Source: Candidatus Poribacteria bacterium
Lineage (GTDB): Bacteria > Poribacteria > WGA-4E > WGA-3G
Direction of reading: 5' to 3'
Assembly (NCBI GenBank): GCA_964291315.2
Contig: OZ219753.1
Coordinates: 2,016,001 to 2,080,000, forward strand
Length of the DNA stretch: 64,000 nt
Part shown: positions 1 to 8,383 of the stretch, in pieces
Layout of the letters: each line of letters begins with the position of its first letter
How positions within the stretch are numbered: the first letter of the stretch is position 1
Program-made: the position numbers and the translations under genes
The notes under the pieces: generated by a model
The model's database searches: none
What the model saw: only the letters and a program-made list of their open reading frames with translations
Told to the model about the DNA's origin: nothing

Positions 1-516
1 GGAAGCATTACTGCTGCAATTCAACGCCTTAAGAAGCGCGAATAGGTAAACGGAAAGATAGAAACGACTCACGGGCTCACTGAACCACGTTGAGCCCATA
101 CCAAGTGTTGCAGGTGAAATCAGCGCGAGCCCCGCTGTTACGAGTGCAAGTCCGCTATGAGTATTGCCATATATCTCTTTTACAAACAGATAGAGGAACA
201 GCAGCGCACCGCCTGTCGCAAGCGCGGGAATCAGCCACGGCGCGCCGATAAACACCCCAAACATCAGCATCAAGGCATTTCCGAACGGATATTTTGAATA
301 CCATTTGTCGTTTAAAACATTAATATGCGGTGAAGAAGAAAAACCGTGTTCTAACGGCGCGGAAAATGAGAGCTTGCCTTCCGCAAACAACTTCGCTTGA
401 AATAGATATGAGACAGTATCTGGTTCAAAGTAGGAGAACTGAAAGTAGATACCACACAGAATCACTGAGAATAGTATACCGAGTATAGAAATGATGAAAA
501 TCGGTTTAACCTTCAT
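1..516 (-). CDS. ArnT/PMT-like (GT-C fold) membrane glycosyltransferase, N-terminal part; runs off the window start
   Basis: Hand translation from ATG at 516 (GGAGA RBS upstream): MKVKPIFIISILGILFSV...EPDTVSYLFQAKLFAEGKL...KWYSKYPFGNALML..., open to position 1 with several TM segments. Not in the ORF track. Confidence 0.7.
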   Translation of the reverse strand, partial: MKVKPIFIISILGILFSVILCGIYFQFSYFEPDTVSYLFQAKLFAEGKLSFSAPLEHGFSSSPHINVLNDKWYSKYPFGNALMLMFGVFIGAPWLIPALATGGALLFLYLFVKEIYGNTHSGLALVTAGLALISPATLGMGSTWFSEPVSRFYLSVYLFALLKALNCSSNAS

Positions 517-542
517 TCAGTCTCCGAAAATCAGTGAAAAAT

Positions 543-571
543 TTGACATTCGCCTATCAATTGAGTATAAT
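543..571 (+). promoter_or_regulatory. sigma70-type promoter of the his operon
   Basis: Perfect TTGACA(543-548)-N17-TATAAT(566-571). Confidence 0.8.
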
Positions 572-641
572 ACCATCAAAGTAAATTAAAATCATTAAGA
601 CTTTTTAACAGCAAGTTTCAACTTGCAAGTGAAAATCAAAA

Positions 642-692
642 ATGTTAGACATTAATACTTTTAATAGGCATCGCCACCATTCGCATTTCTGA
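642..692 (+). CDS. hisL: His-rich leader peptide MLDINTFNRHRHHSHF (16 aa)
   Basis: ATG642..TGA692 with 4 His codons in the last 7 sense codons, between the promoter and hisZ. Confidence 0.75.
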   Translation: MLDINTFNRHRHHSHF

Positions 693-835
693 GTAGAGCG
701 GATGAGGGAACATGCTATACATTATTGATACAAAGCAAGTTCAACTTGTTAGTCTCCAGTAAGCGATCCGCTCTTCTCAGTGCTGCACTACTAGTGCGCG
801 CTAAATATAGGGCATTCGGTTTACTGTTTTTTTTT
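689..835 (+). promoter_or_regulatory. Putative transcription attenuator (alternative stems and U9 tract)
   Basis: 689-703 CTGAGTAGAGCGGAT pairs with 766-780 (14/15). 757-766 CAGTAAGCGA pairs with 816-826 TCGGTTTACTG, followed by T9 at 827-835. Confidence 0.6.
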
Positions 836-969
836 AATTTTTTCGTCCGTAAAGTTTCCCGTTTTTGCCACCGTCAAAAACGGAGAGAAACCTTCACCTT
901 AGAAATCAAAACTGGAGTTTTTTGCGAACAACACCTGGAGTATGTACCGCTTAGATACATGAACAAAAA

Positions 970-2406
970 ATGGAAAAATTTAACAAACCTGATGGAACGA
1001 GCGATTTTTTGCCTGAACAGATGAACCAGCGGAATTTCGTCGAAAAGATCGTTCGTGAAACCTTTGAAAATTACGGATACGCACAAGTTCAGACACCGAT
1101 CTTTGAGTCCTTCGCGCTTTTATCTGCGCAATCCGGTGAAGAAATTCGGCACAAGATGTTCACCTTCGTCGGTTCAGATCGTGTAGATTACGCTTTAAGA
1201 CCAGAAATGACCGCACCCGTCTGTCGACTCATCGCTAACCAGAAACTTGGACACCTTCCTTTCCCTTACAAACTCTACTACATCGGTCAATGTGTCCGAC
1301 AAGAACCAACTGCAGACGGCGCTGAAGTAAAGAGAGAATTTCGACAGGCCGGTATCGAGCTCATTGGACCGGCTTCTGCACCTGCCGATGCAGAGATCAT
1401 AGCGATCCCCATCCGTATCCTTGAAAAACTCAATATTCCACACACAAAGTTAAAAATAGGCAATACTAGAATCTTTCGAGAAATTTTCAAACAAGGCAAG
1501 ATTGATACCAAGGATCACGGCGAAATTATATGGGACATCGACTATCTTGCGCGTCTCCGGGCCGAAGCACAGCTGTGGAATCTGGAAACACTCCGCGACG
1601 CGCTTAATATGTTGAGACGATCACAGGGAACTAACTACAAAGGGAAATACAAGATAGAAGCCGCCGCAGTTCAGGAATTAACGGAAGGTAGCGCTCCCTC
1701 GCTCGCTGCAAAATTGCCTCTGATCGCAGAAGAAACCTATAAAGCACGGTGGTGTCGTTATTTCAATATCTCTGAAGCAGCTGCCACAGCCTGTATAAAT
1801 GTCTCGAAAATCTCGGGAGACAAAGACACGGTTATGGCGGCGTGGAAAGCATCTTTCAGTGAAACACTGCAGTCCGCCCACCAAGAACTCGTCGCACTTT
1901 GCGATTCCCTAGAAAACTACGATATTACAGATTTTGAAATCAACTTAGGTATTACGCGCGGGTTTGATTTTTATACCGGGATGGTATTTCAGATTGAATT
2001 ACCCGGAAAACATCGCCCCCTCTGTGGTGGTGGACGGTACGATGGTCTTGTTGAATCCTTCGGGGGACCATCGACACCCGGGGCAGGATTCGCATTCCAA
2101 TTCGATGCACTTGTAGACGCATTTGCTGACATAGGGAAAATAACCCTTAACAAAGGAAAAGACTATTTCATCGCAGCAGAAACATCAGAACGTGTTGCTG
2201 AGGCACAGCGACTTGCAGAAATGCTACGGAGAAAGGGCAAGAACGTGGAAGTGGATCTGATGGGGCGCGACCTTCAAGCACAAGAAAACTACGCGAATCA
2301 AGCAAGCTACGATTACCTCATTCGTCTAGACTCTGATAATTCGATCCGCCGAATTCAAATCAAAACAGGCAAGACACAAGTAGTCACTGTTCCTGAGCTT
2401 CTATAA
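970..2406 (+). CDS. hisZ: ATP phosphoribosyltransferase regulatory subunit (HisRS paralogue)
   Basis: HisRS-like motifs (LRPEMT, REFRQAGIELIG, RGFDFYTG, GGGRYDGL), motif-3 Arg missing (FQFDAL), directly upstream of hisG. Confidence 0.8.
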   Translation: MEKFNKPDGTSDFLPEQMNQRNFVEKIVRETFENYGYAQVQTPIFESFALLSAQSGEEIRHKMFTFVGSDRVDYALRPEMTAPVCRLIANQKLGHLPFPYKLYYIGQCVRQEPTADGAEVKREFRQAGIELIGPASAPADAEIIAIPIRILEKLNIPHTKLKIGNTRIFREIFKQGKIDTKDHGEIIWDIDYLARLRAEAQLWNLETLRDALNMLRRSQGTNYKGKYKIEAAAVQELTEGSAPSLAAKLPLIAEETYKARWCRYFNISEAAATACINVSKISGDKDTVMAAWKASFSETLQSAHQELVALCDSLENYDITDFEINLGITRGFDFYTGMVFQIELPGKHRPLCGGGRYDGLVESFGGPSTPGAGFAFQFDALVDAFADIGKITLNKGKDYFIAAETSERVAEAQRLAEMLRRKGKNVEVDLMGRDLQAQENYANQASYDYLIRLDSDNSIRRIQIKTGKTQVVTVPELL

Positions 2407-2433
2407 AGGAAAATAGAAAGAGAAAAATCTACA

Positions 2434-3213
2434 ATGCAAACAGAATCGCAACCAATACTGAAACTACTTTTGCCCAAGGGCAGTCTGCAGGCAGAGACCC
2501 TTGAAATGTTTCAGCGTGCAGGCTATGAACTCAACGGATATACTGCAACCGACCGATCCTACCGTGCAACCTTCCGCGACGATAGCAATTTTCAAATCAA
2601 GATTTCACGCCCACAAGAGATACCTGTCTACGTCGGCATGGATGATTGTTACGATATTGGAATTACCGGTCAAGATTGGGTTGAAGAAACTGACGCTGAT
2701 GTTGAGGAAATTCTGCCTTTAGCCTATGGACACATTGACATCATCCTTGCTGTCCGAGAAGAACAAGACAATATTAATACATTCGAGGATTTGATACATC
2801 TCGCTGATAGGAACATCCGCATCTCCACCGAATATTTGAACATCGCAGAGAAGTATATCCTCGAAAAGACAGAAAATAAAATCGCCCCGGCGATTCTGAC
2901 ACCTTGGAAACGCCTGAATACCACGGGGTCTTATCAGTCACCTATCACGCTCATGCTGTCCTTCGGGGCAACCGAAGGAAAACCACCAGAAGAAGCTGAC
3001 GCTATCATTGACAATTCAACGGCATCACGGCGTACTATCAAGGCAAACACACTCAAGGAAATCGAGCTCCTACGCGAATCCGAGTCTACACTCATCGCGA
3101 ATCCAAAGGCACTCAGAAATTCATGGAAGAACAAAAAAATTGAAGAGCTTAAGCAAACACTCCAAAGAGGATTACGTAGACGCAGGAGTCAAGCGCTCCC
3201 CGGACACATTTAA
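2434..3213 (+). CDS. hisG: ATP phosphoribosyltransferase, form apparently lacking the C-terminal ACT domain
   Basis: LPKGSL, RPQEIP.YV, DIGITGQDW.EE, FGATE, ADAIID motifs. Confidence 0.9.
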   Translation: MQTESQPILKLLLPKGSLQAETLEMFQRAGYELNGYTATDRSYRATFRDDSNFQIKISRPQEIPVYVGMDDCYDIGITGQDWVEETDADVEEILPLAYGHIDIILAVREEQDNINTFEDLIHLADRNIRISTEYLNIAEKYILEKTENKIAPAILTPWKRLNTTGSYQSPITLMLSFGATEGKPPEEADAIIDNSTASRRTIKANTLKEIELLRESESTLIANPKALRNSWKNKKIEELKQTLQRGLRRRRSQALPGHI

Positions 3214-3224
3214 AGGAACAAATT

Positions 3225-4556
3225 ATGACAGCACCTCTCATTAAACCGCGTGTCCCCCGAGGAATGCGGGACATTTTACCGGAGCAAATGATTCGGAGAC
3301 AATACGTCATAGATGTCATTCGCGGCGTGTTTGAAGAATTTGGGTTTGAACCTTTACAAACCCCCGCACTTGAATTATCCGAAGTACTCACCGGTAAGTA
3401 TGGCCCAGACGCAGAAAAACTCATCTATCAAGCCCGACACATCGGTGGAAAGGAAGACATTTCCCTGCGTTATGATCTCTCAGTCCCGCTCTGTCGCGTT
3501 GTTGCTATGCATCCACAATTGCCCAAACCCTTTAAACGTTACCAGATTGATCCCGTCTGGCGAGCAGAACGTCCACAAAAGGGACGTTATCGTCAATTCT
3601 TCCAATGTGACGCAGATACGGTTGGTACCGAAAGTATGCTCGCTGACGCTGAAAACGTTAATCTCATCTATCAGGTGCTAACACGACTCGGATTTGAGCA
3701 ATTTTTGATTAATATCAACGATCGGAGGCTCATTACCGGGATTGGGCAATTTGCCGGCGTGCCTTCAAAACAACTCGGCGGACTTTACCGTTCTATTGAT
3801 AAATTGGACAAAATTGGACTATCAGGAGTTAGAGCGGAATTAGCGGAAAACCAAATTTCAGAACCCATGATTGAAAAACTACTTACACTCCTCCAGATTG
3901 AAGGCGACGCAGAGACTGTCCTGAGTGCATTCTCCGCACAACTCGGTGACTCCGAACAGGCAAGCGAGGGAATCGCAGAACTGGAAGAACTTAATACTTA
4001 CCTCACAATACTTGGGGTCCCGGACGAATTTTATAGGATAAACGCCTCAATGGTACGCGGTTTGGAATACTACACCGGCCCTATCTATGAGACGGTTATT
4101 GAAGAACCGAAAATTGGAAGTATCACCGGCGGCGGGAGATACGATGAACTCATTGGAAGCTTTAGTAAACAAAGTTATCCAGCAACAGGAACCAGTTTCG
4201 GCATAGAGCGCATTATTGACGTAATGGAGGAATTCGATATGTTCCCCGCTGCCCTCGGAAAAACAGTCACACAGGTATTAGTGACTGTCTTCGACCCGCA
4301 ACTTGCGCAAGAATCTCTAAGACTTGCAGCACTTCTGCGCAGCAACGGCATCCGAACAGAGCTCTATTGCCGCCCGACACGCATCAGCACGCAGATGAAA
4401 TATGCCGATAATAAAGGCATACCGTACGCTGTTATCCTCGGATCTGATGAAGTAGAAGCTGGCACGGTTGCAATCCGGAACCTCACAAGTAGAGAACAAC
4501 ATGTTGTCAAGCGTGAGAAACTTGTTGAACACATTCAACAAGTGACACGCATATAA
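3225..4556 (+). CDS. hisS: Histidyl-tRNA synthetase
   Basis: PRGMRD, LRYDL, WRAERPQKGRYRQFFQCDAD, RGLEYYTG, GGGRYD, FGIER and a C-terminal anticodon-binding domain. Confidence 0.95.
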   Translation: MTAPLIKPRVPRGMRDILPEQMIRRQYVIDVIRGVFEEFGFEPLQTPALELSEVLTGKYGPDAEKLIYQARHIGGKEDISLRYDLSVPLCRVVAMHPQLPKPFKRYQIDPVWRAERPQKGRYRQFFQCDADTVGTESMLADAENVNLIYQVLTRLGFEQFLININDRRLITGIGQFAGVPSKQLGGLYRSIDKLDKIGLSGVRAELAENQISEPMIEKLLTLLQIEGDAETVLSAFSAQLGDSEQASEGIAELEELNTYLTILGVPDEFYRINASMVRGLEYYTGPIYETVIEEPKIGSITGGGRYDELIGSFSKQSYPATGTSFGIERIIDVMEEFDMFPAALGKTVTQVLVTVFDPQLAQESLRLAALLRSNGIRTELYCRPTRISTQMKYADNKGIPYAVILGSDEVEAGTVAIRNLTSREQHVVKREKLVEHIQQVTRI

Positions 4557-4581
4557 ACGGTTCACAGCCTCAAACCAGGAG

Positions 4582-5775
4582 ATGAAAATGAGACAGTTGT
4601 ATCAACATTCCAATTTCATTCGCTATCTCTTTTTGATCCTTTGCATTGTTCAAGCAGTGCAATTGACAAGCGCGGGGTGTAGTCACACCCAACCTTACTA
4701 CCACACCGATGTGCCTGAAATAGAGAGACGTGATAGCAAAGCAAACGGAGTACTTCATTATCGTCTTTTACTACTCGGTGATGGTGGTAAACCAACACCG
4801 GATGAACCTGTTCTGAAAACGCTCCGCAAATGGGCAGAAAAAGATGCTACGAAAACAACCATCGTCTTTTTAGGAGATAACATGTATCCCGAGGGTATGA
4901 CAGAACGCAAGAAACATCAAGCAACAGAGCGACTCATGCCACAACTCACCGTTGTCAAAACCGCCGGGGCCCACGGGCTCTTTATTCCCGGAAACCACGA
5001 TTGGTCAAACGGAAAAGCGAAAGGATATAGTGCCCTTCTTGCACAAGAAAAGTTTATCAACGATGCGCTAACCCAGAAACCAACGTTTCTTCCCCCCGGC
5101 GGTTTGCCTGGGCCAGCCGTGCTTGAACTGCCAAAGGTCAACCCTGCAGTCCGACTTATCGTTTTGGACACACATTGGTGGCTCCATCTGCATGAAAAAC
5201 CTCAGAAATCACCAGAATCGGTTATCAAAGAACTTAGCGCCCTATTGGACACAGCATTGCCGGTGGTTGTTGTAGGGCATCATCCGTTGGAAACTTACGG
5301 ACCACATGGAGGCTTCTTTGATTGGAAGTCCCATCTTTTCCCCGCTAGAGAGATAAACAAGTGGCTCTGGATTCCCATGCCTATACTCGGATCCGCATAC
5401 CCTTATTGGCGGAAACACTTGTACAAATCCGATCAGGATATGAGCGGCACACATAACAAGTATATGGTGACACAGCTGAATAGCGCATTTGCCATTCGAA
5501 ACGCGACTCATCCAAACCCACCCCTTTTAATTTATGCCTCCGGACACGATCATTCGCTACAAGTCCTAAAAAATAAACACGTGGACTATCTGCTTATTAG
5601 TGGAGCTGCTTCAAGTCAAAAAGTGACGGAAGTGACATCTGGAGAAAATACTATGTTCGCGCATGAACACACAGGTTTCATGGCAGTGGATTTTTTCACC
5701 AATGGACAAGTCTTGCTACGCGTAGTTGAACCTGAAGGTAAAGGGGTATTATTTCACCGATGGCTGACCTTTTAA
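4582..5775 (+). CDS. Calcineurin-like metallophosphoesterase, probable lipoprotein
   Basis: GDGG, GDNMY, GNHDW, GHHP, GHDH motifs; signal with SAGC lipobox-like sequence. Confidence 0.8.
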   Translation: MKMRQLYQHSNFIRYLFLILCIVQAVQLTSAGCSHTQPYYHTDVPEIERRDSKANGVLHYRLLLLGDGGKPTPDEPVLKTLRKWAEKDATKTTIVFLGDNMYPEGMTERKKHQATERLMPQLTVVKTAGAHGLFIPGNHDWSNGKAKGYSALLAQEKFINDALTQKPTFLPPGGLPGPAVLELPKVNPAVRLIVLDTHWWLHLHEKPQKSPESVIKELSALLDTALPVVVVGHHPLETYGPHGGFFDWKSHLFPAREINKWLWIPMPILGSAYPYWRKHLYKSDQDMSGTHNKYMVTQLNSAFAIRNATHPNPPLLIYASGHDHSLQVLKNKHVDYLLISGAASSQKVTEVTSGENTMFAHEHTGFMAVDFFTNGQVLLRVVEPEGKGVLFHRWLTF

Positions 5776-5854
5776 GACGCTTCTGACAAAATTGTTTCCT
5801 AGCTCTTAACATCAGTTTCAGACCTTATTTATGATTCCTTGCTATGTATGCGAG

Positions 5855-6184
5855 CTACGTTTCTGCTTTGGGATTCTGGCGGGTGTACCTTAAAAATTCT
5901 AGGTCTCGTAAATACGGCTCCACCTCCTCTAATTCAAAACGAACCTCTTGTAGTTCTTCAGAAATCTGCTTTAAATCCGAATTTACCCGATGGTAAGTTT
6001 CTTGAGCTTTGCCCGGGTCATACCCTGATCGCTTCAGAAAATATGATGTTCCCAACCACACACACACGAGTGCCGTAATTGTTGTCGTCCCCATAACTAT
6101 TGCAACAATAGTGGCTATCGCAACCGTAAACTTGACGATAAGGAAAAACAACACGCCTAGAACAATTAGTAGTAACAACGCCAT
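5855..6184 (-). CDS. Small membrane protein with C-terminal coiled coil
   Basis: Hydrophobic N-half, heptad-like C-half, AAGGAG RBS; paralogous to the neighbouring gene. Confidence 0.65.
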   Translation of the reverse strand: MALLLLIVLGVLFFLIVKFTVAIATIVAIVMGTTTITALVCVWLGTSYFLKRSGYDPGKAQETYHRVNSDLKQISEELQEVRFELEEVEPYLRDLEFLRYTRQNPKAET

Positions 6185-6207
6185 CTCTATCTATCTCCTT
6201 TATTTCC

Positions 6208-6453
6208 TTATCCTTTGGCAATTTTAATAAGTCGCTTCACTTCATTTTTGAGAGAAGTCATTTCTTGTTGAATCGCGTTCACTTTTTCCTGCAGTGCCTC
6301 TACTTCACGTTGCGAAGCTCCGGTTCTCAAGCCTTTTTTCTTCGCAGCGTAGGAGGTCCCCATCCAGACGCATCCGAGAGTTGTCAACATAATGCTTCCA
6401 AATACGATAGCAATAATCAGGACAATTTGCGCCATTTTTTTAAATTCCTCCAA
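6208..6453 (-). CDS. Small membrane protein with C-terminal coiled coil
   Basis: TM helix then coiled coil; shares CVW.GTSY..K..G with 5855-6184. Confidence 0.65.
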   Translation of the reverse strand: MEEFKKMAQIVLIIAIVFGSIMLTTLGCVWMGTSYAAKKKGLRTGASQREVEALQEKVNAIQQEMTSLKNEVKRLIKIAKG

Positions 6454-6766
6454 CTTTTGAATAAAGTATTAATCTTACCTGTTAGAGTCAGTAAAATGAT
6501 AAAAGGATAGTAAAAAGTAAGGATATAGTAAATTCCAGATCCACTTGGATACCACGAATAGGCCTGATTAAAGACATCATTCCGAACAGAAAATATACCC
6601 ACAAAAAAAAAGCATCTAATACCTTTCGAGGCTCGGTATTATCTAAAGGTCTGTCTTATGCCTTTCATCTAAAAACCCCTTATTTTCCTTTACCATATAG
6701 CATTTATAAAGCAAAACGAAAACTTTGTGGGTTTCTAAATCTGCAAGAAAGACCTAAAATCTCTTC

Positions 6767-8158
6767 TTAGGGGTTATTACACAGCTCATATACTAATTGT
6801 TCTAGCGTACATATCGCATCCGTTTGACTTGTTTTCAATTTAGTGTCCACTTCTAAGGTTTTCTCAAGTGCAGCAGCGAGTTCCTCGCTTGTGAAAGCGT
6901 GGAGGGTCTGAAAAATTTTGTAGGCGACATAAGGATTCTGCTTCAAGATGTTATGGGTAGCAGACTTAGGTAGCAGACTCCGTATTTCTTCAGAAATCGG
7001 TTCGAATATGTTTTTTTTAAACTCTTGGAGTGGCATGCGACTGCGTAACGGGCGAAGTCCTCTCTTCCCAGCGATTAACTTGGCTTGGAGGGCAAGTCGG
7101 AACTGGCGAGCTATCGTAGCATTAACCGGTATCGGCTCTTGACCACTCGACAACACATCGTGGAGACTTTTCAGTGCCTGCCTGGCTGAACGTTTTCCGA
7201 TCGCATCCGTTAAATCAAAAATACTGTCATGCACATTCTGAGTCACAACGTTTCGGACATCTTGTTCATCTACCTGACGCTTATCACCAACAAAATCTAT
7301 AATCTTGTTGAGGGCCTCAGCAGTAGCATGCATATCACCCCCAGTACGGTTACGAAGTTGTGAAAAAGCACGTGGCGTTATCTGTTTATTGAATTCAGAA
7401 AGCTTCTCTGAAACTTTTGTGTAGAGTGGGTCGCGATTCAATGAGTTCGCAGATCCCGCTAGTGCGAAAGACCTATAGCGTCCAACACTCTCAATCGCTT
7501 TAACAAGTCTGTTCCGTTCATTCACCTCGCCCCTCACAGCAAATATTAGGACACTGTTCTTGGGTAAGTCGCCTTGAAGCCATTCAAGGAGCAATTCAAC
7601 ATCATCGACAGCATCTACTGCTATGGAGGAAAGATCAAGTTGCTGGGTGATTTGTGGTAGACGCTCCAAGAATCCGCGTTCTTCATCGGTCAACTTCGTT
7701 CCCAACTCATTAACAAAAGCATTAACGGCATTTGTAAAGTCAAAATGTCGTTCAGCAATCTGATGCGGTGTGACCTCCAAAAGTTTTGCCAATGTAGAGA
7801 TACATTTTGGTGCATCTGTGGACTCAATCTTAAAGGCGTTTCGGAAAACTGTTATAGGTTTTGAACGTTGCTGAGTTTTAAATAGACCAGCATCACGAAC
7901 CACCACAACCCGCCACTTCGACATGACAGGATAGGTATCCACCTGACTGAGAATTTCTTGGACTGTGACATCTGCCCCTTCCAAGAAAGAGAGATTGAAG
8001 TCCCGTGTCTCAGGCGTAAGGAGGTGCTCAAGCATCTGTTTGAGGGTGCCTTCAACCAGAAAACTTTCCTCACCACAGAGCAGATATACCGGAAAAACTT
8101 TCTTTGACCGGATTTCACGCAGGATATTAGGCGGTGTTCTAGTCTCTTGTTGTCTCAT
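6767..8158 (-). CDS. holA: DNA polymerase III delta subunit (with insertion)
   Basis: PVYLLCGEE.FL, DFNLSFLEG, RVVVVRDA, IFDLTDAI, D.KLKTS. Confidence 0.8.
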   Translation of the reverse strand: MRQQETRTPPNILREIRSKKVFPVYLLCGEESFLVEGTLKQMLEHLLTPETRDFNLSFLEGADVTVQEILSQVDTYPVMSKWRVVVVRDAGLFKTQQRSKPITVFRNAFKIESTDAPKCISTLAKLLEVTPHQIAERHFDFTNAVNAFVNELGTKLTDEERGFLERLPQITQQLDLSSIAVDAVDDVELLLEWLQGDLPKNSVLIFAVRGEVNERNRLVKAIESVGRYRSFALAGSANSLNRDPLYTKVSEKLSEFNKQITPRAFSQLRNRTGGDMHATAEALNKIIDFVGDKRQVDEQDVRNVVTQNVHDSIFDLTDAIGKRSARQALKSLHDVLSSGQEPIPVNATIARQFRLALQAKLIAGKRGLRPLRSRMPLQEFKKNIFEPISEEIRSLLPKSATHNILKQNPYVAYKIFQTLHAFTSEELAAALEKTLEVDTKLKTSQTDAICTLEQLVYELCNNP

Positions 8159-8187
8159 CTGAGCAAACTGCTCCCCATTGCGACTGC

Positions 8188-8373
8188 TCAGGCTGCGTTA
8201 TCACCATCAGCCTGCTTGCGCGTCCCCTCGGTAGCAAAGGTTGAGAAGCGCCTTGTAGCGTTCAGTGTACCGCAACGCGGGCACTTCGTAGTAGGTGGAT
8301 CAGCATCATTCACACGTTGAAGTAATTCAAAATCAACTGTGCAATCATGGCAACGGTATTCAAAAATCGGCAC
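8188..8373 (-). CDS. FmdB-family zinc-ribbon protein
   Basis: GTG start MPIFEYRC..C...FE...CP.CG. Confidence 0.85.
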   Translation of the reverse strand: MPIFEYRCHDCTVDFELLQRVNDADPPTTKCPRCGTLNATRRFSTFATEGTRKQADGDNAA

Positions 8374-8383
8374 TGTTTTTCCC

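Noticed and set aside
1-45. Apparent plus-strand gene end (GSITAAIQRLKKRE*)
   Set aside because: Overlaps the better-supported minus-strand glycosyltransferase frame
578-969. T-box riboswitch upstream of hisZ/hisS
   Set aside because: No GGTGGNACC T-box sequence on the sense strand; the leader peptide explains the region better.
725-1024. 99-aa ORF in the his leader
   Set aside because: TTG start with no RBS; runs across the attenuator T-tract and overlaps hisZ out of frame
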